The notes below the pieces were generated by a model, which was given only the letters and a program-made list of their open reading frames with translations, ran no database searches and was not told the DNA's origin. The position numbers and the translations under genes were made by a program. A DNA stretch of 64,000 nt, from NCBI RefSeq assembly GCF_004010195.1, contig NC_057718.1, forward strand, positions 46,031,897-46,095,896, read 5' to 3'. Shown in pieces: positions 23,320-36,900 of this stretch. This DNA comes from Chiloscyllium plagiosum (lineage: Eukaryota). Within the stretch, counting starts at the first letter, position 1. Every line of letters begins with the position of its first letter.

Positions 23320-24800
23320 ACTGACATGGATTGAGAACTGGTTAATAGACAGAAAACAGAATAAGAGCAAATGGGTCACTTTCAGGTAGGCAGTCTGTGA
23401 CTAATGAGTACCACTAGGATCAGTGCTTGTGGGCCCTGATTCACAAGCTGTGTTGATCATTTGGATGTGGGGATTAAAAGTAATACTTCCAACTTTGCTG
23501 ATGACACATAAAGAGGTGGGAGTGTGAATTGTGAGAAACATACCAAGACACTTCAAGTGAATTTGGAGCGCTTAGGTAATGGGCAGAAAAATGGCGGGTT
23601 AATTACAATAAATAGAAACGTGAGGCTAACTACTTTGTTAGGAAATACAGCAGTACAGTATATTCCTTCAATGGTGAGAGCCTTCAAAATGTTGACCTTC
23701 AAAGAGTTTTAGGTGTCCTTGTTCACGAGTCACTGCAAGTTAACATGCTACCACAGCAAGGAATTAATGAGGCTAATATTATGGAGATAGTGAAGACTGC
23801 AAATTCTAGAAAGTCGATAATGTGTGGAACTGTAAAAAGCACAGCAGGTCAAGCAGCATCAGAGGAGCAAGAGAGCTGGCATTTCAGGTCAGAACCTTTC
23901 ATCAGGACTGAGGAGTGGGAAGGGGGCTGAGAAATAAATGGGGGCCTGTGGCGAGGGGGAAGGTAGTTAGGGTGATGATTGATGGATGTAGGTAGGAGGT
24001 GATTGTGGTTGGTCAATGGGAAGGATGGAGTGGATAGGTAGGAAGGAGGATGGACAAGTTAGGACAAGTCAAGGGGACAGGGCGGACCTGGGATGAGATT
24101 GGGTAGTGGGAGATTTAAAAGCTGGTGAATCCTATGTTAAGGTCATTCAGACTAATATTATGCTTGCTGTTATTTGAAGTAGATTCAATATTGGCGTAAA
24201 GATGTCTAGAACCTTGATGAGACTACACTTGGAGTCTTGTGCTCAGTTTGGTCCCCTTACCTGTGAAAAGATATACTTGCCACAGAAAGAGAGAGTGCAA
24301 CAAAGGTTTACCAACTAATTCCTGAGATTTAGGAATTATCTTACAGGGAAAGATTAAATAGCCTGGGTCTTTATTCTCTGGAAGTTAGAAGAATGAGAAG
24401 TGATCTCAGTGAAGTATAAAAAATCCTTACAGGACTCAAAAAGTAGATGCAGGGAGGGTGTTTCCTCTGACTGTGACATCTTGAACTGGGGACATAGCCT
24501 CATGATCAAGGGCGAGCCATTTCTGACTGAGCTGAGGAGGAATCTCTTTGCTAAAGGAATCTCTTTGCTGAAAGAATGTTTTTGCTGAATCTTTGGAATT
24601 CTTTGCTCCAGAGGGCTGTGAAAGCTCAGCCATTCAGTGTGTTCCTGGGTTGAGAACTAAACACATCAAGAGTATAGGAATATTGCCGGATAAGGATGTT
24701 GTATTTGAAAAATGACCATGATCTCATGAAATACCAGAAAAGGCTTGAAGGGCTGAATAGCCCATTGAATTATTTCAATTTCTTTTTTCTTATGTTCTCC
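23320..24800 (+). mobile_element. Old CR1-type LINE interrupted by a Penelope-like insertion
   Basis: NFADDT, LHLESCAQF..P and RRMRSDL remnants, ending in the 3' UTR. Confidence 0.75.
23784..24151 (-). mobile_element. 5'-truncated Penelope-like element with hammerhead motif and 11-bp TSD
   Basis: Minus strand LNIGFTSF-like ORF end, then a pyrimidine-rich UTR and CTGATGA-A-AGGT-TCTG-ACCT-GAAA (23882-23905). TSD CTAATATTATG at 23773-23783 and 24152-24162. Confidence 0.8.
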
Positions 24801-25249
24801 AAGTCCAGAGCCACTCAAAGTTGTCCATCCTCACCATCTGAAAGCTTTTAATAGTCATGCTGCAGCCATCAGGGTAGGAGTGCCCAGAAGCACAAGGTCA
24901 GGCAATAACAGTTGGAACACAGGCACTAAGGGAAAGCACAAGGGTCATTAGTTGACTTTTGTATACAACATGGCATTACTTCATTCCAAAATTTGGCTTG
25001 GCATGTTTATTCAGTGTTACCTTTGTTTTGAATTGTTACCAGTATGACGGTCAGATGTTGGTCAGGAGTGGGACAGTTGGTGAATGTTGAATTGGGATTG
25101 GTGTTGCTGGAAATACAGCTGGCTGAGCTCTTCACAGGGTTGTTGAGTTTGCCTCCTTCCATTCTCACCTTACTCACTAATTTATTCCTCCTTTTCCTTT
25201 TCCTCTTGCTCTTATTGCTCAGCTGATCAGAACACAACTGCTGAAAAAG

Positions 25250-25950
25250 GCTATCATTTCACCTTGGTGAGGTTGTGTGGCAAACCAATATAAGCCTTCT
25301 TACCTGCTCCACTGAATACTACAGGCCTCATCAGTCAGTGTGACCACACTGGTTCTCTGCTCTTTAGGATTTCACACAGTAGCATGAATTTCATTCCATA
25401 TGCTGCATGTCTAAGTATGGATGGTCAGTGATAACCTCTTATTACCCAAAGTAAATTGGCTTTGGGTTATTGTAGTGGCTCACTACTACAAAATGAAGAC
25501 ATTGTGACTGCTGGCCGAATACTGAGCATTGACCAGCATTTTGTTGCCCATGGTTACACACCAGCCAAGAGTAGGGTTCCTTTCCATTGTGACTTTGGGA
25601 AGTTGATGGGCAGCATCTGAAAGCAGTGTCTTTGCCATCAATGGCACCATGGGGAAAGCCTGCAAACCTAGTGATGCTATTGTGCTTGCTTTTACTCTTT
25701 GTTTCTGGCAAGAGAAAATGGAATCTAGTTAGTTGAGAGTATCTCTTGCTTTTCCCTTACAGAACAGTAGCAGAAAACTGAGGCAGATTGCAAATTCCAA
25801 ACGAAAGCTAACAGGCACATGAGGGTTCATTTTCAAAGACACAATACGATCCCTCCTTTGCATTGAAGTTGTAATTGTGGCTTCAACTGCTGGCATGTGT
25901 CAGTAAAAACATCTTTATTGAAGCACTCAATGTCTAAGACATTGGACTAG
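25250..25950 (-). pseudogene. PIF/Harbinger transposase relic
   Basis: RFAGFPHGAIDGKD.AFR..P...NGKE..SWLVCNHGQ.. matches AGFP..GAIDGTH..NRKG.HS.NVQLVC. Confidence 0.72.
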
Positions 25951-26189
25951 AATTTCTAGAGGAAGGTAACAGAAGGCAGGAGATTTCCTGGCTCAGCACA
26001 TCTTCCCTAAGGGAAAGTATCTGCAAAGGAGGGATTTTCATTCTGGGGTGGTGGAGGGCACTGATGCTAACTAGAATTGGGCCCACAGTCCCTAGAAACA
26101 GTTTGAAGATTTAAAATGCTTTTGCTACAGCCCTAGAAATGTGTCATTCATCCAAATCTTTAAAGTATTAATAGCAGAAACTGTAAGCA

Positions 26190-27100
26190 CTTGAAAACCC
26201 AGAAGAAGTGGTTAGATTCTCTTTTGTTCGAAATGATCATTGCTTGGCATTTATGTTCCTTTAATGTTCCTTACCACTTACATGTTAAAATTAATCTAAA
26301 TACTGTGCAATCATCAGCAAACTGCCCCATGCCTGACTTAATGATGGAAGGAAGAGTATTGAAGAAGCAGCTGAAGATAATTGGGCCTACGAGACCAAAC
26401 TTTAAGTTTTTATACTCGTGGAGTAGGGGTGTCACTGACTGGGCCAGCATTTATTGCCCATCCCGAGGTGTCCTTGAGAAGGTGGTGGTGAGCTGCCTTC
26501 TCTGCTGAAGGTAGACCCACAAAGCAATTGGGATGGAATTTTGATCCAGTGACAGTGAAGGTACGGTGATATATTTCCAAGTCAGGATGGTAAGTGGTTG
26601 GAGCAGAACTTGTAGTTGCTGCTGGTCCCATGCATCTGCAGTTTGGAAAATGTCGAAGGATTTTTCAGGTGCATCTTGTAAATACTATACACTCCTGTTA
26701 TTGAGCATTATGTGGAAAGTGGATGTTTATGGACGTAGTGCCAATTAAGCAGACTGCTTTGACCTGGATGGTATCACGCTTCTTAAGTGTTGCTGAAGCT
26801 GCACTCATTCAGACAATTGAGGAATATTAATCACATTCCTGATTTGTGTCTTGTAGGTGATGGATAGGCTTTGACATCAGGAGGTGAGTAACTCGCTAAA
26901 GAATTTCTAGCCTGTGACCTGCTCTTGGAGCTACTGTATTTATATGGTGCATCCAGTTCTGACTCCAGTCAATGGTAACCCCCAGGATCTTGGTAATTGG
27001 GGGCACAATTTCAGTGATGGTAATGGCATTGATTGTCAATGAGCAGTAGTTAGATTGTCTTTTACTGGAGATGGTTATTGACTAGTATTGTGTGATGTGA
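26190..27100 (-). mobile_element. Fragments of a second CR1/L2-like LINE family and its related SINE tail
   Basis: Reverse complement of segments of 45960-47070 (GPIIFSCFFN.LPSI, LVLIDQ..NW). Confidence 0.65.
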
Positions 27101-27959
27101 AATAATTAATGATTTTTTTCATAAGTGCTTGCAAAGGATCCTATTCCTGACTGTATGTTTAGCTTTGCAAGGTTAAGAGAGTGTGTTAGTTCAAGCATTG
27201 AACATTACTATTATGTTTCAATATCTAAAAGAAGTTTTTATATATAAACTATAAAATTAATTTATATGTATGTTCATATGTATGTATGATTCCTAAATGT
27301 ACAGCTATAGAGGCTTCCTTTAAGATGCCTTGTATTTTGTTTGTAGTTTGTACTATTCTGCATTTATTCAATTTTCAATTATCCATTTTTTCTCCAGTTG
27401 CATTTCTAGTGTTGCGCAGATATCAGTAATTAGAACCAGAGTAAGATTGTACCTGCAACAAGAAGTATGTGGAAATGATTGAGGAATGGGAGTGGAGTGG
27501 GCACTGAACAGGCTCTCACTCCCATGAACTTCAGCCAAGTTCATTAAAGCCATTTTAATATCAAAATATTAAATGTTTTAAAAATGCAATTAAAAACATA
27601 GTCACACTTAGTTGGTCAGAACAGGCTCATTATAGATAATAATGTGGTGTTGTGGTACTGTTGCTAGCCTAGTAATCTAAAGCCCAGAGACTACTGTTTT
27701 GAGGACACGGTTTCAAACCTCACCATGGCAGATAGTCAAATTTGAATTCTATGCTCAAAGATTAGAAAATAACTTTGCTTAATAGCAAATGTATAACCTA
27801 TCTGATTCCTTTACAAGTAACTCCAGGCAGACAGCGACAGGGTTGACTTTTAACTACCCTCTTGGCAGTTGGTGATGGATGAGAAATGTAGGCCGAGCCA
27901 ATGATGCCCACATTCATTGAATAAAAATAAATTGGATCTGATATGAGGAAGTTCAATCC

Positions 27960-29790
27960 AATTCTTTGTGGACTCTTCCTGGTGAAGACCTTGTTACAAT
28001 GATGTTGCTTCAACAAGGCTCTTCGAACAGACATTGCATTTGAGTTTCACAGAAGCTGCCTACATTATCCAATTCTTCAGAGCCGCTCAGTGTTTTTCCC
28101 AGTGCATAATTCGTCTTTGATCTACTGGACATTCTCCATATTGCTTATTTCCTTGCATGATACTCATGAGCATACTTCTTTAGCCATGGAATGTCTAGCC
28201 TTTGGCCTGATATCACTTCAAGGTCTTATTTGTTTGCACAAATGGTTGTGTGATTGTCCATTTGTCATGAGACATCTGCATGTATTAAAGGTAAACATAG
28301 CCACAGTGTGCACTCTTTCTTTGTTAATTCTGCACAGTGAATCTCAGATAATGCTTTTAAACAAATCTATACGGGAATTCTTAATCATATTCTTATACAT
28401 GAGAAGAGGAGACGAAACATCAGATGGCGGCAGAGATCAGCACCTTAATAACAGCAGAGAAGAAAGGGATGGGAATAAGGGTATTCATGTGCCTTGAAAG
28501 TGATGATGGAAAGAAAGAACTGTCCCATTTGCCTGCTGAAAAATTTAAACACTTCACAGCTTTGTTACTTGCAACACTCACTGATGTTGACTTGGTTTCA
28601 ACAGCCACCGAAAGATGATCTGCACAATGATAACTTAAAAACCTCTTACCTTGTCTCCAATGAGTTATCTGTGACTCTGCTTCGAGATATGAACATTTGC
28701 ATAATGGCAGCTCTCCAGCGATATCTCATAGACATGTATGATGAGTTATTGGTAGTTACAGGCCAACTGAACATGAATGGAGTGAAATCCTTCCTGTTGC
28801 AGAAGCTTTCTGGTTGATCTGAGGGAACTTGATTGTCACAAGTAAGCAACCTATATCTTTTTAGAGCTTTGAACATGCAGAGCAGCAAATCACTCTCATT
28901 CTCCCTGGTAAATGTGACTTCCATCACTTGTCAAACGCATGTATGGGCAGCAGGTTATGAGATTCCACAAATATTCCCAGTAGATCCCTGGAAGGTGCAG
29001 GAGGTCCTGGAATGAGTGGATAGCTTTATGAAGAAAGGCTAGTTAGGCAAGGCCCCTGGAGCTTAGAAGAGTCAAAGGTGACTTAATTGAAACATATAAG
29101 ATCCTGAGGGAACTTGGCTGGGTTGTTCTTGCAAAAATGTTTCCTGTCGTTGGAGAATCTAAAACTAGAAGTCGTAAGATAAAAATAAGGGGTTGCCATT
29201 TAAGACAAAGGTAAGGAAACAAATTTTCTCTCAGAGGGTTGCGAGTGTTTGAAATTCCCTTCATCAAAAGGCAGTGAGTGCAGAATCTTTAAAGACAGAC
29301 ATACATAGATTTTTGATTACCAAAGGAATGAAAGATTGTTGGGGACATGCAGGAATATAGAGTTGAGGTGAAATTCAAATCAGCTATGATCTTATTGAAT
29401 CAGGAAGCCGTTGTAAAAAGCTCTGTGTCCTACTCTTGTTCCTTGCTTGTATATTCAGGACAGATAAATTTAGGGCTGTGGCAATCTTGACCACCATGAG
29501 TAACATTCACTTGATCCACTGAGACAGAGAGCTTCTTCCAGGAGGTTACAAATGTCAGTGACCTCCTGACAGGAAACTCTGAGCTTTCTGAGGCATGGAT
29601 GCTCATTTGAGGCCAGGCTATTTGTCCTCTGCATGTATACCACGCATCTGCTCCTGAAGGCTTGAGCTCTGTCCTCATTCCCTTGTGGAAAAACAAGCCA
29701 TTTTGGAGAAGGCTGCTGCTCTTCTTCCTCTTCACCTGAAGTCCAAGACCTAGCTGTGTGAGCAGCTCCCATCCTCACCTGAAGCCTAAC
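27960..29790 (-). pseudogene. Near-complete decayed PIF/Harbinger transposase, interrupted by a CR1 fragment
   Basis: VYMQRT..LRKLRVS..EVTDICNLLEE..VVKIATALNL, then the CR1 insertion, then TFQGSTGNICGIS*PAAHTCV*QV, PSDQPESFCNRKDFHSIHVQLACN, LIGDK and VRRALLKQH. Confidence 0.8.
29040..29445 (+). mobile_element. CR1-type LINE 3' fragment nested in the Harbinger transposase
   Basis: LRRVKGDLIETYKILR..FP.VGESKTR and a 3' UTR. Confidence 0.8.
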
Positions 29791-32171
29791 AGCTGTGAAA
29801 TGTAGCTCAAAGGCAAAATCAACCCTCCAGGGTACTAGAAATGTTCTCCAAAGATTTGGAAGTCATCTCCAAAGCAGTGAGAGCATTCTCTCAGAATTAG
29901 TCCTGCCTCACTTCGACAAGGAAGCACTTGTTGGATCCAATGATGTAAAGCCTTTCTTGCCTGTCGGCTGTTCAGCCCTGTCAATTCCCACTGTCCTCTC
30001 ATTTTATTTTCACTGGCGAGTTCCACAAGGCCACAGAAGCTCATGTGCATAGAAACAAGTCAAAACCCAAGTTACAACAGCAGCTCACAACCATTTTATA
30101 TATTTAAATGACATGGGGATTCCTCTCAACATGAACAAGGCACGATGGTTAAAGGCTAGGTCAACAGATTCTTGCAATTTCGGTTGATTTAGCCAATTGC
30201 CACAGAGGCTAAAACTCTTCTCCCCATGACTTTAACTAACGTTTGGGCAAATCTCACAATATTGTACCCTTTGTCACAATGGCCAGTTCTATGCATTTGC
30301 TTGTGTGACATGTTGCAAGATATTTTTGTCAACATTAGAGGCCCAAGCAGCAGCCAGCAGATGGTCCACAGGCCTGAATGAAGCCTGCCATGGCCATACA
30401 GATGGCAGGACCTTCTGCCCTGTGCCCCCGGAGCTTCCAGCTGATCTGATTAACCGACAGTGCCACCAGTCCCAGCAGCAATAGAACTTTGTACCAGACA
30501 CAGCTAGGGCTTTGAACAGTTCCTAAACAAAATCCTTATAGATCTCTACTCCCAGGTAAATTAGGAGCATTGGGCAGTGAGGGTTTTCTAACCTTATGGC
30601 TGGGGCACAAAGAGGAATGGCGTTTAAACTCTGCATGGAGAGGACTGAAGGGAAGCTGCTACCTTCTATGCAGGGATGTGCTCCCAGTGTGAAAACAGCA
30701 CACTCTAAAGACAATAACCTCTTTCCTCCTGATTCTTTTAAAATTGTGGAAAATGAACAGGCTGGTGACTCAATTGACCCTTAATTATTTATCGATGGAT
30801 GCTTTAGTCAAGCAAGGGATGCCGATGTCACCACCCTGCTTGTCCCTTCTATTATGGGGATGAGCTTGGAGGTGAGTGGAGAGAAGGTGAGCTGGGTACC
30901 ACCCTGTTATACAAGCCAATATGCCTACCATGCCAATAGCATTCCAAGCACGTCAAGTAATATCCAACCACTAAATGTATGCAAATTGTTATGGGTGCTG
31001 TTAAAGTGTGTTAGATCTTAACAAGCCCCATGTTCCTTATCTCCAGTGTTGCCATGGCTGTAATTATAACATTTGTAACACATGACCTTGTCACATCACC
31101 ACTGTGTTTGGTTATGTCTGCTGATTTCTGTGTTTCGAGATCTGGTAAATGACAGGAAAGTAATACCAGAAGATTGTTACATGGTTTAGCAGTGGACAGA
31201 GAAACAGCATGACAGATCGCACACATTGATCTGCTCTGACTGAGTTACACTAGAAAATCACAACAGCATAAAAGGAGAATACACCATCAGATATAAATCC
31301 AAAGAAATCTTAAGGCTGTCGCAAAATTGCAAGATACATTCTCACAGCAATTTCCTCTTTTCAAAAAGATGGCTAAAATCTATTGCTGAGCATTAATATT
31401 GATCTGGCAAGGGAATGACTGGATGTGCATAGTTTTTAAATGGAAGATATGATGATTTAATTTGAGTGGCTGGTAAAAATGTCAGCTAGTTGTAATCTTA
31501 ATGGGACAGAATATCAAATATGGTATAAAATGAGCTGCTGATCCCTTATCTACCATAGCCATTTTCATCTTGTGATGTGTTAAGCATTCTTAAGCTCTAT
31601 AATTGTTTGTTGGTATTGTTAAACAGTTTGTTGTTAGCTGGTTCCAAAGTTATGGAATTTTCTTCTGTCTTTGTTCCTGGATCAGATACCATTTCCTGTC
31701 TTCATGTATGTTTTCCTTCCTTGATCTTACAAAGGAAATACTTACAAATTGCAGTTTTAGTGAAGTGTAAAGCTATCTACATCCTCATAATACAGCCATT
31801 CATCTTTATGTGGCTGCATTTATGCCTTTAACACTGATATCACATGTTTTCCCCTCAATCCCTTGTTTGGCTAAAGCACTTTGGCCCAACCCATTCAGTC
31901 ACATGAAATAATCAAAATTGTGCATCCAATTTTACATCTCGCCATCTGTTTTTCTCTCTAAGAGTATTCTTCAATGGAAATTTAGAGAAAACAGCATAGT
32001 GAATATCCAGAAGCTCAGATTTAACTAATGAGAACTGAGCTTGAGAAGTGCATAACGTTCAAATACTGGCAAATACTGAAGACAGGAAATGGTTGATTGG
32101 CAAATACTGAAGACTCATGGCTCATTCCAACCTCACCACTACTTCAGAGTTAGGCCCAACTACCCTCAAAT

Positions 32172-32465
32172 TTCATAAGATGTGGGAGCATAAGTAGGCC
32201 ACTCAGTCACCAAGTCTGCTCCATCATTCAGTGAGATCATAGCAGATCTGATAAACTTCAACCTCACTTTCCTGTCTTTTCTCTATAATCCTTGATTCCC
32301 TTGTCAATTAAAAATCTCAGCCTTGAATATACTCAATACCCAGCCTCAACAGCCCACTCCAATAAAACATTCCACAGATTTATTATCTCCTGAAAGAAAA
32401 AAATCCTCTGCATCTCTCATAAAAGTGTGACCTATCCCATCAAGTCCCCTAAGAATCTTGTATCA
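32172..32465 (-). mobile_element. CR1-type 3' UTR fragment
   Basis: Colinear with 61745-62010. Confidence 0.7.
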
Positions 32466-34033
32466 AACTTCAGCTTCAGTGGAAATCTTGGCAATTGTGC
32501 AAATTATTAAGAAAACACTTGTTTTTGGGATGTGGTTGACAATAGTAAAGGAGTATTTAAAGTTTCAATTGTAAAACCCCTACAATGTGGAAACAGGCCA
32601 TTCGGCCCAACAAGTCCATACCAATCCCCAGCATCGACATTTAGAGTCATATGTAAGTCTGACTAGGTAGGAGTGGCAGCCTTTCCCTGAAGGAAACTAG
32701 TGAACTAATTGGGGTTTATAACAAAGTTTCAGTTGTCCTGGTGATTAGCAGATTTATTCCTTCCTGATTCACAGTTTGCTATGTTGGGATTTGAACGAAC
32801 AACCTGCAAAATTCTGGTGCATTAAAACACGCAGGCTCCTGTACCAAAAGATAAGACTAGGTATTTTAGTGTTGCTAATTTCAATGATAAAGTTTTACCA
32901 GCTCAATATGAATTCTTGCAAATTAACCATGTTCCACATAATTATTAGGGCCTTAGTGATGTGTTTCAGAACTGAAGCAGACTGTCATTTTTTGTAAATT
33001 ATTACCAGTGTTAACATTAGACTCTGAATGTTTTGTTTGCTGGTCAGTTACAATTTGCATAAAACTACCTAAAGAATATTCTTATAGAAAAAAGGGGGAT
33101 CCTTTGTGCTAGTTCCACATACTCCACAGTGCAAACGGTTAGGTGTCAGTCACAGTGCAAGCACACCTGGTCTATAAAGTGAGAGAGGGCTGGTCTGCCT
33201 TCATCTTTTGTTTGTAGCTAAATTGCAAACTAATTGCCATATCTGAAACTTATAAATGATGATCAGAAGAAATTGTGACATAAGGAGAGAAACATAAGGA
33301 ACTGATGTAGAAAAGCTCTTAAAATATAATTTCATGGTACAGTTTAGCAAAGCAGACAAAACCTTTTACTCAAGGAGGCAGTCACACAAACCTAAATTAT
33401 ACAAAATATAATTGAGAGAATTTTTCCAGGACATTCTTCAAACTGTATCACAACAGTAGTCCAACCAATCCAAACTGTTCTGAATATAGTTACTGCTGCC
33501 CTTCATGGATGAGTCTTCACTCATTGGGCTGAGAGGCTTTGAATCATTCCAAGTAGAGAGGCATATTTCACACAAAATGTTATTAGCATATGAAATTACC
33601 AAAAGTACCTGTCAATCGAGGCATCTAAGAGGGAATTACATTACTTGAGGAAGAAAGATATTATGGGAATCATGCAAAGAATATGAAAATGGTATCGTTC
33701 CTGCATAAAACAAATCCAGTCACAAATGGGATGAGCTAAAACACTCTCTGTTGTGCCTCAAGTATTATTTAAACAATTAAATCAAGCTTTCCTGGAAGAT
33801 TAGTGAATAAAGACAATGAATGGTATGGTGTGGTAAGTCATCCAAAATGAAGATTCCTGATTCAAACATTGGTTTCTTCACTGTGACACCAATTCAGTAC
33901 TCCTCGACTAAGGAGTGGATGAGACAATCTGAGTACACACCTAATTTGATAGTTTCGGTGAATGGAAGGTTCATTTTTGCATAGATGATGTAACAGGAGG
34001 TTACTGCTATTTCTGGATTAGTAGGCTAATGAA

Positions 34034-34234
34034 TTGGAGATGCCAGTGTTGGACTGGGGTGTACAAAGTTAAAAATCACACAACACCAGGTTATAGTTCA
34101 ACAGGTGTAATTGGAAGCGCACTAGCTTTCGGAACACCGTTACAATCACTTGATGAAGGAGCGTCGCTCCGAAAGCTAGTGTGCTTCCAATTTAACCTGT
34201 TGGACTATAACCTGGTGTTGTGTGATTTTTAACT
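34034..34234. mobile_element. Second-family Penelope-like hairpin element with hammerhead motif and 12-bp TSD
   Basis: Arms at ~34067-34134 and ~34167-34234. Motif CAC-TTGATGA-A-GGAGC-GTC-GCTCC-GAAA-GCTA-GTG. TSD TAGGCTAATGAA at 34022-34033 and 34234-34245. Confidence 0.85.
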
Positions 34235-35949
34235 AGGCTAATGAAAGTTTCACTTTTAGGAGAAAATAGGAGGAATTGTAAAATGAAAGCCAAGTTGACA
34301 ATGGAAGGGCAAAGAAGATTGTAAAAATCAACAGTTCCGAAATTGGGTAGTCTGAAGAAAAGACCTTCCCTGTCTTGGCAGTAAAAGATTTTGTTGAAGC
34401 TACATTGAAGGGATGACACCTGTTTTGCATTTTTTTGTGACACACAGTTGGTGTGTGACCTGATCTGCAGCCAATTAAAGCAGATAGCAGTAATTGCATT
34501 TTTTAACACATCATGCTGAAACATTCTGTTGGCATTTAGCTGCATTTAAAAAAAGCAACAATGCCAATCACAAAACAATGCAACAAAGCATCACAACACT
34601 TCCAAAGTGAATTGCTCTTGTGCTTAATCAGAGAATCAAGATCTGTAAGCCAGTCTTCTGAAGCAATAGATATTTCATTTACTCAGCTAACATTTTGAGC
34701 CTACAAGATCATCCCTTGGATGCACTAATCAAAGTATTATTTGTTAATGTATATTAAATGCCACTTTCCTTCTCAGCTTAGCTTAGTGAAACCAAGTTAA
34801 TCTTGTTTGAATTGAAACATATTAGATATAAGAATGTTGAATACTCAAATCTGTGTTTGAATAAATCAGACATGGGTCTGTCATATTGGTTCTTACATAG
34901 TAAGAGTTCTTTCCAGAGAATGACCTGGGGGAGAAACATTGCTAATTGGGAGACTGCACTGGACAGATTTGCAAGAGCCAAATGCATTCATATCATGTCT
35001 CACATTGTACAAGTGTGTTTATTCTCCCAGGCTGCTTATGCATCTGTCAATCATCTAAAATGTTACAAAGTAAAATGTTGAACAGAGGCAAATAGGACCA
35101 CATAAAAAGAAAAGATGGTAGTAACGTTGACTGTTCTATATCTATCATTCTGCAACTGCTGATCTTTTTGTAAGGTGAGCTGTAGAATTTGTTGAGTTGA
35201 TTTTGTATGCATGGGGTGAGATGAAAGGAACCTTGCACACATGCCCATAACCAGCTCACACTCTATATTCAGTCTCATGAGATGAATTGAATACTTTAGG
35301 CACCAAAGGCCTTCAGAGGTGGGCAAAGTGGGGTCTTAAGCTCTACACAGTTTAAAACACATTTAGCATGAGTCATCACCTTGGTAAAAGAATAGCAGCC
35401 AATGCTAAGAAGTCACCCAGAAGGTCAATGAAAGTGAAATGCTATTTAAAACATCTGTAAGTGTCCATAAAGAAGACCGCATAGTGTTTCAGAGGCTGGA
35501 ATACAACTAACACTCTCTTTTAACAGTGACCAGCTGTTCAGGAGTGCATAAGATGAGAATTGCTATGATTTTAAGTGCCACTTAAAGTGGAGAGAGAAAA
35601 TGATGTCTAAAAGACATGGGAAACTTTCTGAGATATCTTGTCAAGACTTCAACAATCAAGCAACTTATATTGTTGAAATTCTGTGATAGTTTCATTTGAA
35701 AAAACGTGAGTACTATACTCCGTCACCTTATTAGACAACATGGAGAGGCCACAAGGTGAAGGTAAGCGTTTGACCATGGTATCTTGCCTGGGATCCTGTT
35801 GTCTTGGAGGGAAACATGAGGTCAGGCAGCACTGTTATTGCAGGAACAAGGAATAGGAGGACAAGGAGAGTGAGATGATATCCTCCAGCCAATCCCCACC
35901 CTGCTCACCTCCAAATGTAAGCTACAGGTTATCACTCCTTCTCTGGACA

Positions 35950-36900
35950 TCCTTTGCTAGGTCACCAGTATTCATTCCTCCTCATTTCCGCAGCCATCCT
36001 GATGTGTGCCAGACTGAGCACTCTACATCTTCAGAGAAAGTGTGTGGAAGAAGCTGACACAGAATACTCAACCAAAATTTGTGTTTAATCCACACTTGAG
36101 TGCTGAACCTACAGGAGTCCAGTGCAGCAACTCCAGGCAAGTTCAAAGGATTTGACTGGACTTTGTGGGGCACCCACAGTTCCCACAGTGGCCCTGACTA
36201 AAAGGTCAGTGTCAAGCTGGTCATGTCCTGACAGTTGCCTCATATCAATTCAATGTGAGCAGCAGCTTTACTTTCTTTAAGGCCAAACCTCTTTTAGGAG
36301 GAAGGCACACCCTAGAGAGCTGCTGTCCAAGGGAGATGATAATGTGACTGGACTGATAATCCAGAGACCCAGATTAATGCTTGGGGTTCATGGGTTCAAA
36401 CCCCATCAAGGTGGAACATTGATTGGTGTAAACTCTTGTCTGGTTCACAAAATCCTTTTGGGAAGGAAATCTGCCATCCTTACCTGGTCTGGTCTACATG
36501 TGACCCCAGACCTGCATTGATATAATTTCTGCTGAAATGGTCAGACAATCCATTCAGTTCAAGGGCTGTTAGTGACAGGAAACAATTACTGGCTTCGTTA
36601 GTGATGCCATTATCCTAGCAACCAATAGAAGTAGATCAATATATACAGGTAGTGCTGATGAAGAGGAACTCAAACTCAGAAGTAAGACTGTATAACACCT
36701 AAGCTCGGTTGGCAGACATTGATGTGGAGGTTTGATGTGAAAGCCCTTTCGGAGAGAGTAAATGTTGAAGGATGAACTGGCGAGCGGGGGTCTCCAATGG
36801 ACTCAGAGGCCCTGCAAAGGACTTCTGTCCTATCTGTCTGGCACAAGCATGGCACAAGTGTGTCTTTATTGTGGGTATAAAACCGAGTAGGGGAAGGATG
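35950..36900 (-). mobile_element. Possible L1/Tx1-like 3' relic, split by a SINE
   Basis: Minus strand LGCAFLLKEVW resembles the C-terminal Tx1 motif HL..EC.FAK.VW. The rest is very decayed. Confidence 0.3.
36335..36630 (+). mobile_element. Shark SINE, second family
   Basis: tRNA-like head with GGGTTCAAACCCC, and a core shared with 4465-4725. Confidence 0.7.

Noticed and set aside
28090..28817. Plus-strand ORFs of 107-135 aa
   Set aside because: Antisense to the decayed Harbinger transposase.
32067..32114. 17-bp direct repeat TGGCAAATACTGAAGAC around a 14-bp spacer
   Set aside because: Only two units. Most likely a small local duplication, not an array.
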